From NCBI GenBank assembly GCA_040756235.1, contig JBFLZG010000053.1, positions 1-18,401 of the forward strand: a stretch of DNA of 18,401 nt, read 5' to 3'. The notes beneath the pieces are model-generated. The model worked only from the letters and a program-made list of their open reading frames with translations, did not search any database and had not been told where the DNA came from. Source of the DNA: a bacterium. GTDB lineage: Bacteria > Desulfobacterota > DSWW01. The position numbers and the translations under genes were made by a program. The first letter of the stretch is position 1, and each line of letters opens with the position of its first letter. Positions 6,427 to 14,942 of this stretch are shown here, in pieces.

Positions 6427-9400
6427 ATGACACCCAGAGCACTTGTCAGGGTCGTTGTTCTGACGTTCGCACTGGCCGCCGCCTGCGACGACGGCGATGA
6501 CGGCTCTCGGTCCGACGTGGAGCCCCTGCCGCCCGAGGGGCCAAAATCCATGGCGCGCCGTATCCTGGATGAGAGCGATCTCATCGGCGGACCGAGGGCC
6601 ACCGGAAGGGTTGGAGACTACCTGCTCGCCAATGACAAGATCCGGCTGGTGATTCAGGACGTGGGCAGGGATCCCATCGGGTTCGTGAGCCCGTACGGCG
6701 GAAACATCGTGGACGCGGATCTGGTCCGGGGCGCGGGCGAGCCCGACAACGACCAGTTCATGGCCATGAGCCCGCAGATCAACATTGAAAGCACCTTCAA
6801 CGCCACGTCGATCGAGGTGGTCCACGACGGGGCCGACGGGGAGGCGGCCGTCATTCGCGCGAGGGGCGTGGACGACTGCCTGGACTACATCAACGCGAGC
6901 CAGATGATCAAGTCCATGGGCGGCGGCGTGCCCCTTTCCGTGCCGGATTCGGCCGATGACGTCGACATCCTGGTCGAGATCGTCACCGAATACAGTCTGC
7001 GGCCCGGCGACGACTTCGCCCGAATCGAGACCTTCATCAAGAACGTCGGCCAAGACGCGCAGGGTCTCTACTTCGGCGATTACATCGTGAACTCCGGCGG
7101 TGAGACCGATCTGTTCGTGCCGGGCAGCGGCTTCGGGGAGCCCATGCTCCGACTGAAGCTCGACTTCATCGCCCTGCGCGGGGAAGGGGGCGCCCAGGGG
7201 CTGACCTATGGCTACGTGCCCGAGATCGTCCACCGGAGCACGGCCTTCACCCAGACGGGCGTGACGGTAACAAGCCTCGGCACCAACGCGGTCGCCCTGC
7301 TGCTCCTCGGTGTTGCGCCGAGCGTCGAGATCCCGCCGAGCGGGGTCTTCTCCTATGTCCGCTGGTTCGTGGTGGCACGGGACATGGGAGCTGTCCAAGC
7401 CGTTCGGGACGAAATCTTCGGCTTCGCTGCCGGTACCCTCAAGGGCCGGGTGACCGTGGCCGGCGCGCCGCTGGCCGGCGCCGCCGTGGCGGCCGTGCAG
7501 TCCCCCGGCGACCTGGGTGCACCCTACAAGGTGATGTCCGTGCTCGAGACCGACGCCGACGGACAGTTTCAGGGCCCTCTGCTTGCGGGCAGCTACGGGC
7601 TCATGGTTTCCAGAGAGGGCTATCCCTACGATTCCGGCTCGTCGACGCCGGGCCAGACGGGCGTGAGCATCGCGGCCGGTCAGGTCACGGAGGTGGCGCT
7701 CGCCCTGCCTCCGACCGGGCGGTTGCGGGTGCGCTGCCTGGACGAGGCCGAGAGCCCCGTCCCGGGCAAGGTCACGCTGGTCGGCTTCGACCCCAGCCCG
7801 GTGCTGGACAACCCGCAAAGTCTGCTCGGGCTGCTCAGTCTGAACGCCTATGTCTTCGACGACCCGGGCGGCGAGAGCCTCTTCGGCCTGGCCAAGGTCC
7901 TGTTCCTGGACCCCTCCGGCGACTCCGGAGAAGTGTCGATCGAACCGGGGCAGTACGAGCTGTTTGCGTCCCGCGGTCCCGAGTACAGCCTGTATCAGAG
8001 CCCGGTCGAGGTGGTCGAGGGCGTGCTGACCGAGGCGGAGGGACGCATCGCACGCGTCGTGGACACGACCGGCTTCGTGTCCGGCGACTTTCACGTTCAC
8101 ATGATCAACAGCCCGGACTCCAAGGTCCCCGAGGAGACGCGCGTACGCACCTTTCTGGCTGAAGGCGTCGACTACCTGGTCGCCTCGGACCACGAATACC
8201 TGACCGACCTGCGGCCCACGATCCAGGCGATGGGCGCCCAAGGCCTGATCACGACCTCCGCGGGCCAGGAGATCACGCCGCAAGACTACGGTCACTACAA
8301 CGCCTTTCCGATGCCGCTGGATCCTTCCCGCCGGAGCATGGGCGCGCTCGACTGGGCCAGGGAGGCGCCTCCGGGCCAGGATTACCGCACCCTCGGCGCC
8401 TACTGCATGGCTCCGGGCGAGATCTTCGAAGCGGCCCGGGCCCTTCCGGGCGAGAGGGTGGTCCAGGTCAATCATTTCAATTCCGGCGGCGGCGCGGGCT
8501 TCAACATCCTCGGCTTCGACACGGGCCAGGTCCCGCCCGCTTCGACCGTGGATCCGGCGCCCTTCCGGCTCGATCCCGCGATCGAGAACCTCTTCTCTGC
8601 GAACTTCGACGCGCTCGAGATGCTCATCGGCAACAACAACGAGCAGGTCGGGATCTTCTTCAACGAGAACCTCGGGGACTGGTTCAACCTCCTCAACCAG
8701 GGCCTGGTCCGCACCGGCTCGAGCGACTCGGACACGCATGACCGAAACGTGACCCAGGCCGGCACCTTCCGCAACTTCATCGCCTCCTCCACCGACAGCC
8801 CCGGGGCCGTGACGGAATCCGAGCTCGTGAGCAGCGTGCGGGACGGCAGGATCGTGGGCGGCTACTCGCCGTTTCTGACGGCCACGGTGCAGGCCGAGAG
8901 CACGGGCGAGACCGGGGGCCTCGCTCTGGGCCTGCCCACGCTCGTGAGCACCACCGACGGCAGCGCCGGCTTCCGGCTCGAGATGGCGAGCCCGGTCTGG
9001 ATCGAGTTCGACCGGGTGGAGCTCTATATCAATCATGTGCCCGAGGCGGTGGACGACGACGGCGACCCTGCGACGCCGCCACAGTACAGGGCCGCACCGG
9101 ACGTCGTTCTCAGGGCCGGCGACGATTTCGAGAGGGTGGAGGTCGTAGACCGGCCCGAGCTCGGCGGAGCGGCCCATTTCGAAGCTGCGGTCGAAGTCGT
9201 GCTCGAGGGGCTCGAACGGGACACCTGGATCGTGGCGGTCGTGCGCGGCACCGAAGGGGTCTCCAGGCCGCTGTTCCCGGTCGTTCCCAACGAGATCTCG
9301 AGGGAGACGAACGCTTCCCTGGCCGACCTGCTCGACGGGAACCTGGGGGAAGGTGGTATGCTCGCGCTCTCCTTCACCAACCCCCTGTTCGTCGACGTGG

Positions 9401-9438
9401 ACGGGAACGGAAGGTATGACGCCCCGCAGGCGCCCTGA
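6427..9438 (+). CDS. Large lipoprotein: carboxypeptidase-regulatory-like beta domains + PHP-fold CehA/McbA-type metallohydrolase, 1003 aa
   Basis: SD GGAGGAG before ATG 6427; signal peptide ending LAAAC (lipobox-like); PHP motifs GDFHVH, SDHEY, GQEIT...GHYNAFP, VNH and SDSDTH; GTLKGRV and GRLRVR beta-sandwich starts; C-terminal FTNPLFVDVDG. Confidence 0.85.
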   Translation: MTPRALVRVVVLTFALAAACDDGDDGSRSDVEPLPPEGPKSMARRILDESDLIGGPRATGRVGDYLLANDKIRLVIQDVGRDPIGFVSPYGGNIVDADLVRGAGEPDNDQFMAMSPQINIESTFNATSIEVVHDGADGEAAVIRARGVDDCLDYINASQMIKSMGGGVPLSVPDSADDVDILVEIVTEYSLRPGDDFARIETFIKNVGQDAQGLYFGDYIVNSGGETDLFVPGSGFGEPMLRLKLDFIALRGEGGAQGLTYGYVPEIVHRSTAFTQTGVTVTSLGTNAVALLLLGVAPSVEIPPSGVFSYVRWFVVARDMGAVQAVRDEIFGFAAGTLKGRVTVAGAPLAGAAVAAVQSPGDLGAPYKVMSVLETDADGQFQGPLLAGSYGLMVSREGYPYDSGSSTPGQTGVSIAAGQVTEVALALPPTGRLRVRCLDEAESPVPGKVTLVGFDPSPVLDNPQSLLGLLSLNAYVFDDPGGESLFGLAKVLFLDPSGDSGEVSIEPGQYELFASRGPEYSLYQSPVEVVEGVLTEAEGRIARVVDTTGFVSGDFHVHMINSPDSKVPEETRVRTFLAEGVDYLVASDHEYLTDLRPTIQAMGAQGLITTSAGQEITPQDYGHYNAFPMPLDPSRRSMGALDWAREAPPGQDYRTLGAYCMAPGEIFEAARALPGERVVQVNHFNSGGGAGFNILGFDTGQVPPASTVDPAPFRLDPAIENLFSANFDALEMLIGNNNEQVGIFFNENLGDWFNLLNQGLVRTGSSDSDTHDRNVTQAGTFRNFIASSTDSPGAVTESELVSSVRDGRIVGGYSPFLTATVQAESTGETGGLALGLPTLVSTTDGSAGFRLEMASPVWIEFDRVELYINHVPEAVDDDGDPATPPQYRAAPDVVLRAGDDFERVEVVDRPELGGAAHFEAAVEVVLEGLERDTWIVAVVRGTEGVSRPLFPVVPNEISRETNASLADLLDGNLGEGGMLALSFTNPLFVDVDGNGRYDAPQAP

Positions 9439-9508
9439 GAATGGCTGCTGTACGAATGGCTCCAAAGGCCGAATGTCGCGAGCGAGGCGCGGGAACGGGA
9501 GCCATCTG

Positions 9509-9956
9509 ACCACCTCTTGTAGGGGCGACGCATGCGTCTTCTTCTCCCCTCTGTGCCTCGGGGGCCCGGCTCTTTTCCGTCACCCCGGCGCAGGCCGGGG
9601 TCCAGTCCTGTCACCCGGAAACTACCGCTGTCCATGATGCACCCTTCTGGATCCCGGCTCGCGCGCGCTCCGCAGCCGGGCCGGGAATGACGAAACATGA
9701 CACAGCCGCGCAGGCCGGAATCCAGTCCCACTCCCCCCTTCTGCAAAGGGGGGCTGGGGGGGATTTCAAGACCCCCCCATCCGTCTCCACAAATCTCCCT
9801 AACCCCCTTTTCCAAAGGGGGGACTTTTTCGGGATGCAGACCCCTGGATCCCGGCTCGCACGCGCTCCGCACATGGGCCGGGAAGACGAAACATGACAAC
9901 CCTGGGACTCGATGTGCCGTGAACCACCTCTTGTAGGGGCGACGCATGCGTCGCCC
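9509..9956. repeat. Nested REP/MITE mosaic of three repeat families
   Basis: A 30-bp direct repeat ACCACCTCTTGTAGGGGCGACGCATGCGTC (9509-9538, 9923-9952) brackets two CGTC-type units (9578-9692, ~9708-9888); the second contains a CCCCC(C)TT..AAGGGGGG doublet (9732-9823). Confidence 0.88.
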
Positions 9957-9979
9957 TTCGCGGGATCCATCAAATCGCG

Positions 9980-11287
9980 ATGAGCCTTCGGATTCTGGCC
10001 TTGGCGCTGGCCCTGCTGTCGCTGCACCTCTTACACGCCAACAGCCTTGGCGCCGGGGTCCAGCCTCCGCCTGGGGACAAGACCCTCATCGAGCTCCTGG
10101 ACGAGGCGCAGATCGTCCTGTGCGTGAAGATCGGCGCAGTGGACCTGCTGGATACCGGGAGGGTCGGTGTGGCCGACGTCCTCGCAACCTGCGCGGTCAA
10201 AGGGGACGCGGGCCAGAAGAAGCTACTGGTGGTCCAGGAGCTTTTCTTTCCTTCGGACGTCCCTGCCTTCCGTCCCGGCAGGGAAGCGCTCCTGTTCCTG
10301 ACCGGACTCCCGGCCCAGTCCCGGTGGGAACCGTACCGCTCCAAGGGCATCCGGTACATGCCCGTGGGCCGCGGTGCGGGAGTTAAGGAAATGGAACCGG
10401 CGGGCCTGAAGCGCGCCGTGGAATTCCTCGGGCGCTACACCGAGCTTCGACTCTCGAGCGATCCAAGGGGCGTGAAGAAGTACCTGGACTTCCTGGTCCA
10501 ATCCTTGGACAGCCCGGACGCCCTACTGCAGGAGGCCGCCGTGGCGGCCCTCGGCCGCCTGGAAGCGCTGCCTTCGGAGATCGCCAGCGCAGATCGATCC
10601 CGTCTCCAGGCTTTCCTGCTCGACCCCGACCGGAGCCTGAGTGCCCGCAGCCGGCTGCTCGGGGTGCTCGTCGAGCTGGGAGGGTTCGAGAGCGCGATTT
10701 CCGCGCTCCTTCGGAACGAGCCCGGAATGAGGCCGTCGATCCTGGCACTGCTGCTCGCCAGACGCGGGGCCGTCACGGTCGAGCCGGGCAGCGTGATGGC
10801 GTGTCTGGAGGATGATCGTCCGCAGGTGAGGGAGCAGGCTCTCATCCTGGCGGGCGAGGCCGCGGGCGACGAGGCGGCCTCGGCCCTCCGCCAGGCGGCC
10901 CTGAAGGACCCGTCGCCCGAGGTCCGGGCCCGCGCCATGTCCATCCTGGGCCGGGGACACTCAGCCGACCAGGCCCGATCGATCCTGATCCAGGGCTTCT
11001 CGGACGAAAGCCCCTATGTCGTGGGGGCGGCGGCCAGGGCTCTGGTCCGGAGGGAGGGGGCGGACGCCACGCGAGACCTTGCCCGGCTCCTTTATTCCCC
11101 GGACCCGAAGTCCAGGACCGTGGGCATCCTCATGCTGGCCGCCCAGAACGAGGATGAAGCGCGCAGGATTCTGAGACAGGCCTCCGAGACCCTCCCGGAC
11201 CCTGAGGCGAGAGAGCTTTGCGGGCGCGTCCTGAAAGAGGGCGCCTTGCAGCCCGACGCCCTGGATCAGGTGCTGGGCAGCCCGTGA
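9980..11287 (+). CDS. Exported HEAT-repeat protein, 435 aa
   Basis: Signal peptide MSLRILALALALLSLHLLHA; repeated LxDxxxxVRxxA units (LEDDRPQVREQA, LKDPSPEVRARA, FSDESPYVVGAAARAL); no clear SD. Confidence 0.85.
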   Translation: MSLRILALALALLSLHLLHANSLGAGVQPPPGDKTLIELLDEAQIVLCVKIGAVDLLDTGRVGVADVLATCAVKGDAGQKKLLVVQELFFPSDVPAFRPGREALLFLTGLPAQSRWEPYRSKGIRYMPVGRGAGVKEMEPAGLKRAVEFLGRYTELRLSSDPRGVKKYLDFLVQSLDSPDALLQEAAVAALGRLEALPSEIASADRSRLQAFLLDPDRSLSARSRLLGVLVELGGFESAISALLRNEPGMRPSILALLLARRGAVTVEPGSVMACLEDDRPQVREQALILAGEAAGDEAASALRQAALKDPSPEVRARAMSILGRGHSADQARSILIQGFSDESPYVVGAAARALVRREGADATRDLARLLYSPDPKSRTVGILMLAAQNEDEARRILRQASETLPDPEARELCGRVLKEGALQPDALDQVLGSP

Positions 11288-11361
11288 GGGCCGGCGAGGG
11301 AAGGATCCTCGTTAGGTGCCGGGCATCAGAGAGCGGTCCCCGCTCCCGAGCTCTCCGGCGG

Positions 11362-11712
11362 TCAGCATCCCTCCCGCTCCCGGCTGAGCCGGCCCAACCG
11401 GTAGGCGTCCAGCACGGAGAAGATCCAGAGCCCGACGACCCAGACGAGGCTGCCGGCGTAAGTCGAGGCCGCCTGGTGCGAGGATTCGACCGCCAGCCGC
11501 ACCAGCGCGGCCGTGTCGATCACCGTGTTCTCCAGGTCTATCTGCTGCATCACCGCGATGGCGGTACGGGCGGCGGTCCTCGCGATCACGGCCAGCCCGG
11601 CCAGGACGGCCGCCATGATCAGGATGCCCCTGCCCTGGCGCCGCAGCAGGATCTGGCCAGCCCCTGGAAAGACGACCCCGGAGACCAGGGCCGCCTTGAA
11701 GGCGAGCGTCAT
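11362..11712 (-). CDS. Small membrane protein (PGAGQ re-entrant motif, TM2/DUF5683-like), 116 aa
   Basis: AALVSGVVFPGAGQILLRRQGRG and WIFSVLDAYRLG motifs, hydrophobic segments; SD GGAGGTGA. Confidence 0.8.
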   Translation of the reverse strand: MTLAFKAALVSGVVFPGAGQILLRRQGRGILIMAAVLAGLAVIARTAARTAIAVMQQIDLENTVIDTAALVRLAVESSHQAASTYAGSLVWVVGLWIFSVLDAYRLGRLSREREGC

Positions 11713-11744
11713 GTGTCACCTCCCCGAGATGCCGGCGCTCCCAT

Positions 11745-12023
11745 CCTTCTCCCCTCGCGGGGGGATGCAGGATGAGGGTGAGTCTGCTCCGGGGGATTTC
11801 GGATGGAGAAGCTGAGCTCGAAAATCCCCCCCCGACCCCCCTTTTTCAAAGGGGGGAGAAGAAACAGCCGCAGGAGTCGGTCTGCTCGCTTCATATCTTT
11901 TCGAATTACAGCATCGCATTGCGCAGTTCTCGCGAGCCTCCGAGGGGCGTTTTTCGACACCCTCTTTCAAAGGAGGGCAAAGGACTGGACTCACGGTCGG
12001 TTGGCTCGCCTCACCCCTCTGCC
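11745..12023. repeat. Mosaic of palindromic repeats (BoxC-like half, CCCCCTT..AAGGGGG family, IS-end-like motif)
   Basis: CCTTCTCCCCTCG...CAGGATGAGGG (11745-11778) matches 14720-14758; GGGGGATTT...AAATCCCCCC...CCCCCTTTTTCAAAGGGGGG (11791-11856) matches 9756-9822; TTTCGACACCCTC at 11952-11964. Confidence 0.75.
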
Positions 12024-12039
12024 ACTATCAGGCACACGA

Positions 12040-13314
12040 TCACACGACCCAGTTGGGCCGCGTACTCGCCCAGGCCTGGAGCAGTTCGTCCAGCCCTTGT
12101 TCGAGCCCCCGGGCAAGGTAGAACCGCGGCAGGAGCAGATCGTCATCCGGCCCGATGACTCCCTCCCGGCGAGCGATCTCGGCCAGCTTTGTGTTCGGAT
12201 AGATGCGAATGCCCGTGGTCACCGCGATCAGCTCACAATCGAGTGAATCGGCGAAAGCGAGGGTTTCCTTGACCGTGTCCAGGGTCTCGCCCGGAGCGCC
12301 CAGCATGAGCATGCCGAGCCTGCGAACGCCGCATTCCCGCAGGAGCCTGGAGGTTTCTCGTACCTCATCGAGCCGGTAGCGCTTGTTCATGCCCTTCAGG
12401 ATCGGCTCGCAGCCGCTCTCGAACCCCAGGGTCACTTCGACGCAGCCGGAGGCGGCCATGGCCCGGGCGAGGTCCTCGCGCATCCTCCGGGGATAGAGGA
12501 TGCAGCGCCAGGAGAGGTCGGTACCGAGCGCGGCGAGGCCGGCGCAAATCTCTCGGGCATAGGTATCCGGTACATTGAATGTATTGTCCACGAAGTGAAT
12601 GCGGCGGATCCCCCGGTCCGCCAGCCGCTCGATCTCCCGGGCGACGATCGCCGGTGAACGCTTGCGCAGAGGCCTCCCTTCCACACCGGCGGTGGAGCAG
12701 TAGCTGCAATCCATGGGGCAGCCGCGCCGGGTCTGGTAGGGGAACCAGATCTCCTCGTTCCGCATGGCCGAGGCCAGTCCGGCCAGGTCTTCGCCCAGCG
12801 TGAACCCGTCCAGGCTCTTTGCCAGCACCCTGTCCCCCTGGGAGCCCTTGCCCGCAAGAAACAGGCCCGGGGTGCCGGAGAGGGAAAGCCCTTTCTCCAG
12901 GCGGTCGAGCAGTAGAGGGAACGCGACTTCTCCTTCTCCCTGGATCCCCATGTCCGCGCCCAGGTAAGCGAGCAGGGCCTCCGGGTAGATGCTGTAGCCC
13001 GCTCCGCCCAGAACGATCGGCGCCTCCGAGAGCTGCCGCATCTCGCGCACCAGCTTGCGGATCGGCTCCAGGAGGAACTGGGTGGAGCGCATCTTCTGGT
13101 CGTCGATGTTGCGCACCGAGATGCCGACGAGGTCGGGCCGGAAGGTCTCCAGATGTGCCCGGGCGGCCTGGCCGGGATCCGGACAGGTCATCAGGTCCAG
13201 GAAGGCGACCTCATGGCCGGCCTTGCGCGCAGCCTCTGCGACCAGAGCCAATCCGAGAGGCAGAGTGACCTCGATGAAGCGTTCCTTGTTGGCCGAAATG
13301 AGCAGGATCTTCAT
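12040..13314 (-). CDS. B12-binding domain radical SAM protein, 424 aa
   Basis: N-terminal cobalamin-binding domain (KILLISAN, PLGLA, GISVRNID, VLGGAG, GEGE) plus CxxxCxxC (RGCPMDCSYC), VDNTFN and GFESG. Confidence 0.92.
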   Translation of the reverse strand: MKILLISANKERFIEVTLPLGLALVAEAARKAGHEVAFLDLMTCPDPGQAARAHLETFRPDLVGISVRNIDDQKMRSTQFLLEPIRKLVREMRQLSEAPIVLGGAGYSIYPEALLAYLGADMGIQGEGEVAFPLLLDRLEKGLSLSGTPGLFLAGKGSQGDRVLAKSLDGFTLGEDLAGLASAMRNEEIWFPYQTRRGCPMDCSYCSTAGVEGRPLRKRSPAIVAREIERLADRGIRRIHFVDNTFNVPDTYAREICAGLAALGTDLSWRCILYPRRMREDLARAMAASGCVEVTLGFESGCEPILKGMNKRYRLDEVRETSRLLRECGVRRLGMLMLGAPGETLDTVKETLAFADSLDCELIAVTTGIRIYPNTKLAEIARREGVIGPDDDLLLPRFYLARGLEQGLDELLQAWASTRPNWVV

Positions 13315-13374
13315 GGCGCTCCGGTTACGGGTGGAAGGGTTGCTTCGCCTTCGGGACCACCTGGCCCGCTACCG

Positions 13375-13404
13375 ATTATATCCTCTCTCGCGGGAGGGTG
13401 TCGA
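13375..13404 (-). promoter_or_regulatory. Sigma70-type promoter for the radical SAM gene
   Basis: Minus strand TCGACA (13404-13399), 18 bp, TATAAT (13380-13375), 60 nt before ATG 13314. Confidence 0.6.
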
Positions 13405-13522
13405 AAGAGACCCTGGCCGTTCGTCGAGCTCCTCGCAGCGACAGAAACAGGGGGGCGCCGGTCGTCTTTGACAGGGTGTTCGCACCGGCTGTAACCTGAG
13501 GGCCGAACAGCCGGAGGAACAC

Positions 13523-14680
13523 ATGCACAGGGTGCCCGTAAGCACTCCTCGCCGCGTTCGCATTCTGTCACTCGCGCTCCTTCTTCTGGTCGGCTGCCGC
13601 TGGCTGGGGCTGGGGGCCGGCTCCGTGGCGGCGCCGGCCTGGCGGGCGGAGCCGCTGCCCGAGTGGGACCAGGCGTTCCGCGAGGCCGACCCGAGGTGGC
13701 GCGGCGGTGACGGCATCTGTTCGGTCGCCCTCTCGACCTCGCAGATGCTCTGGATGTTCGGAGATTCCTTCATCGTTCAACCGGACGCCCGGGAGCGCGA
13801 CGGGGCAGTGATCGTCCGGAACAGCCTGGCCATCCAGCAGAGGCGTGCCGACGCGCTTCCCGGACCGATCGCGTTCTACTGGCGCGAGACACCGGAGGGA
13901 CCCGGCGACGCGATTCCGGACGAGACCGGTCCCGGATGGCTCTGGCCCATGAGCGGGGCACGGGCCGGCGACACCCTCTTCCTTTTCTTCACCCGATGCA
14001 TCCGCAGCACGTCGCCCCTGGGGTTCGAGATCTCCGGGTCCGTGCTGGTCAGGGTGGCCGATCCGGATGATGCAATCGACGAGTGGAGAGTCGAGCAGTT
14101 CCCGATTCCCTTCTTCCGGCATGGCTCCGACGGGGACACGTTCTTCGGGGCCGCCTGCCTCAAAGAGCGGGAATTCCTCTACGTGTACGGCGTCCGTGAG
14201 GACTGGAGGCGCGGCCCTACCGGGCGCAGCCTGCTCGTCGGCCGGATCCGTCTCGAGGATCTGGAGCGGGTGGATTTCTCGGCCTGGCGCTTTCTTTCGA
14301 AAGACGGTTGGACGGGCGAGATGTCGCAGGCGGTTGCCTTCTTCGACGGTGCCGCAACCGAGATGTCCGTATCCGGCTTTGCCGGACTGGGGGGTTTTCT
14401 TGCCGTCTACACGTACTGCGGCTTGTCGGACCGGATCCTCGCGCAGGCCGCCTCGGCTCCGGACGGACCATGGCGAGAAGCCGGACTACTTTACAGGTGT
14501 CCGGAAGCGAGCTGGAGCCCTGACTATTTCTGCTACGCAGGCAAGGCGCACCCGGAGCTGGCGCGCACTGGGGACGAGATCGTCATCACCTACGCAGCGA
14601 ATTCGTGGCGCTTCGAGGATCTCAACCGCGACCTGCGCCTGTACTGGCCCCGCTTCGTGCGCGTGACGCAGGTCCGGTAG
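13523..14680 (+). CDS. DUF5005/DUF4185-like beta-propeller protein, probable lipoprotein (putative glycoside hydrolase)
   Basis: SD GGAGG; lipobox LVGC; WRGGDGICSVAL, LWMFGDSF, VRNSLAIQ, YVYG, PDGPW and YAGKAHPEL motifs. Confidence 0.8.
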   Translation: MHRVPVSTPRRVRILSLALLLLVGCRWLGLGAGSVAAPAWRAEPLPEWDQAFREADPRWRGGDGICSVALSTSQMLWMFGDSFIVQPDARERDGAVIVRNSLAIQQRRADALPGPIAFYWRETPEGPGDAIPDETGPGWLWPMSGARAGDTLFLFFTRCIRSTSPLGFEISGSVLVRVADPDDAIDEWRVEQFPIPFFRHGSDGDTFFGAACLKEREFLYVYGVREDWRRGPTGRSLLVGRIRLEDLERVDFSAWRFLSKDGWTGEMSQAVAFFDGAATEMSVSGFAGLGGFLAVYTYCGLSDRILAQAASAPDGPWREAGLLYRCPEASWSPDYFCYAGKAHPELARTGDEIVITYAANSWRFEDLNRDLRLYWPRFVRVTQVR

Positions 14681-14699
14681 GGGCCGGTTTCAAACCGCC
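14677..14699 (+). repeat. GTAG-family REP overlapping the stop codon
   Basis: GTAGGGGCCGGTTTCAAACCGCC; the TAG of the tag (14678-14680) is the gene's stop codon. Confidence 0.7.
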
Positions 14700-14719
14700 T
14701 CCGCAGATGTCGTCCTCTC

Positions 14720-14816
14720 CCTTCTCCCCTCGGCGAGGGGAGAAGGTCAGGATGAGGGGTGCGCAGCTTCCGTTGCCCCTCACCCTGTCCCTCTCCCCCG
14801 TGCGCAGGGGAGAGGG
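14720..14816. repeat. BoxC-like double-hairpin inverted repeat element
   Basis: CCTTCTCCCCTC/GAGGGGAGAAGG 12-bp stem; CAGGATGAGGGG pairs with CCCCTCACCCTG; CCCTCTCCCC/GGGGAGAGGG stem. Confidence 0.8.
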
Positions 14817-14913
14817 AATTCCGCTCTCCGACTCATGTAAGCTCGAAGCCTGCGCGGAATGATCGACGCCGCTCAAGTCCGGGGCGATTCTGCCGATCCT
14901 CTGGATGGACATA

Positions 14914-14942
14914 TTGATATGTTTGCGGAAGGAACCTACAAT
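14914..14942 (+). promoter_or_regulatory. Sigma70-type promoter upstream of the MFS leader
   Basis: TTGATA (14914-14919), 17 bp, TACAAT (14937-14942); the -35 is overlapped by the palindrome ACATAT-TG-ATATGT. Confidence 0.7.

Noticed and set aside
6373..9513. 1046-aa antisense ORF, plus other long shadow ORFs (e.g. 87..566, 642..1370, 1464..2621, 3759..4640, 14968..15951, 15164..16279, 16704..18401)
   Set aside because: They overlap well-supported genes, have skewed composition and no motifs, and are expected from stop-codon scarcity in high-GC coding DNA
9509..9952. 30-bp direct repeats as a CRISPR array or att sites
   Set aside because: Only two copies, 414 bp apart; the intervening DNA is other repeats; no cas or integrase gene; the sequence is a GTAG REP
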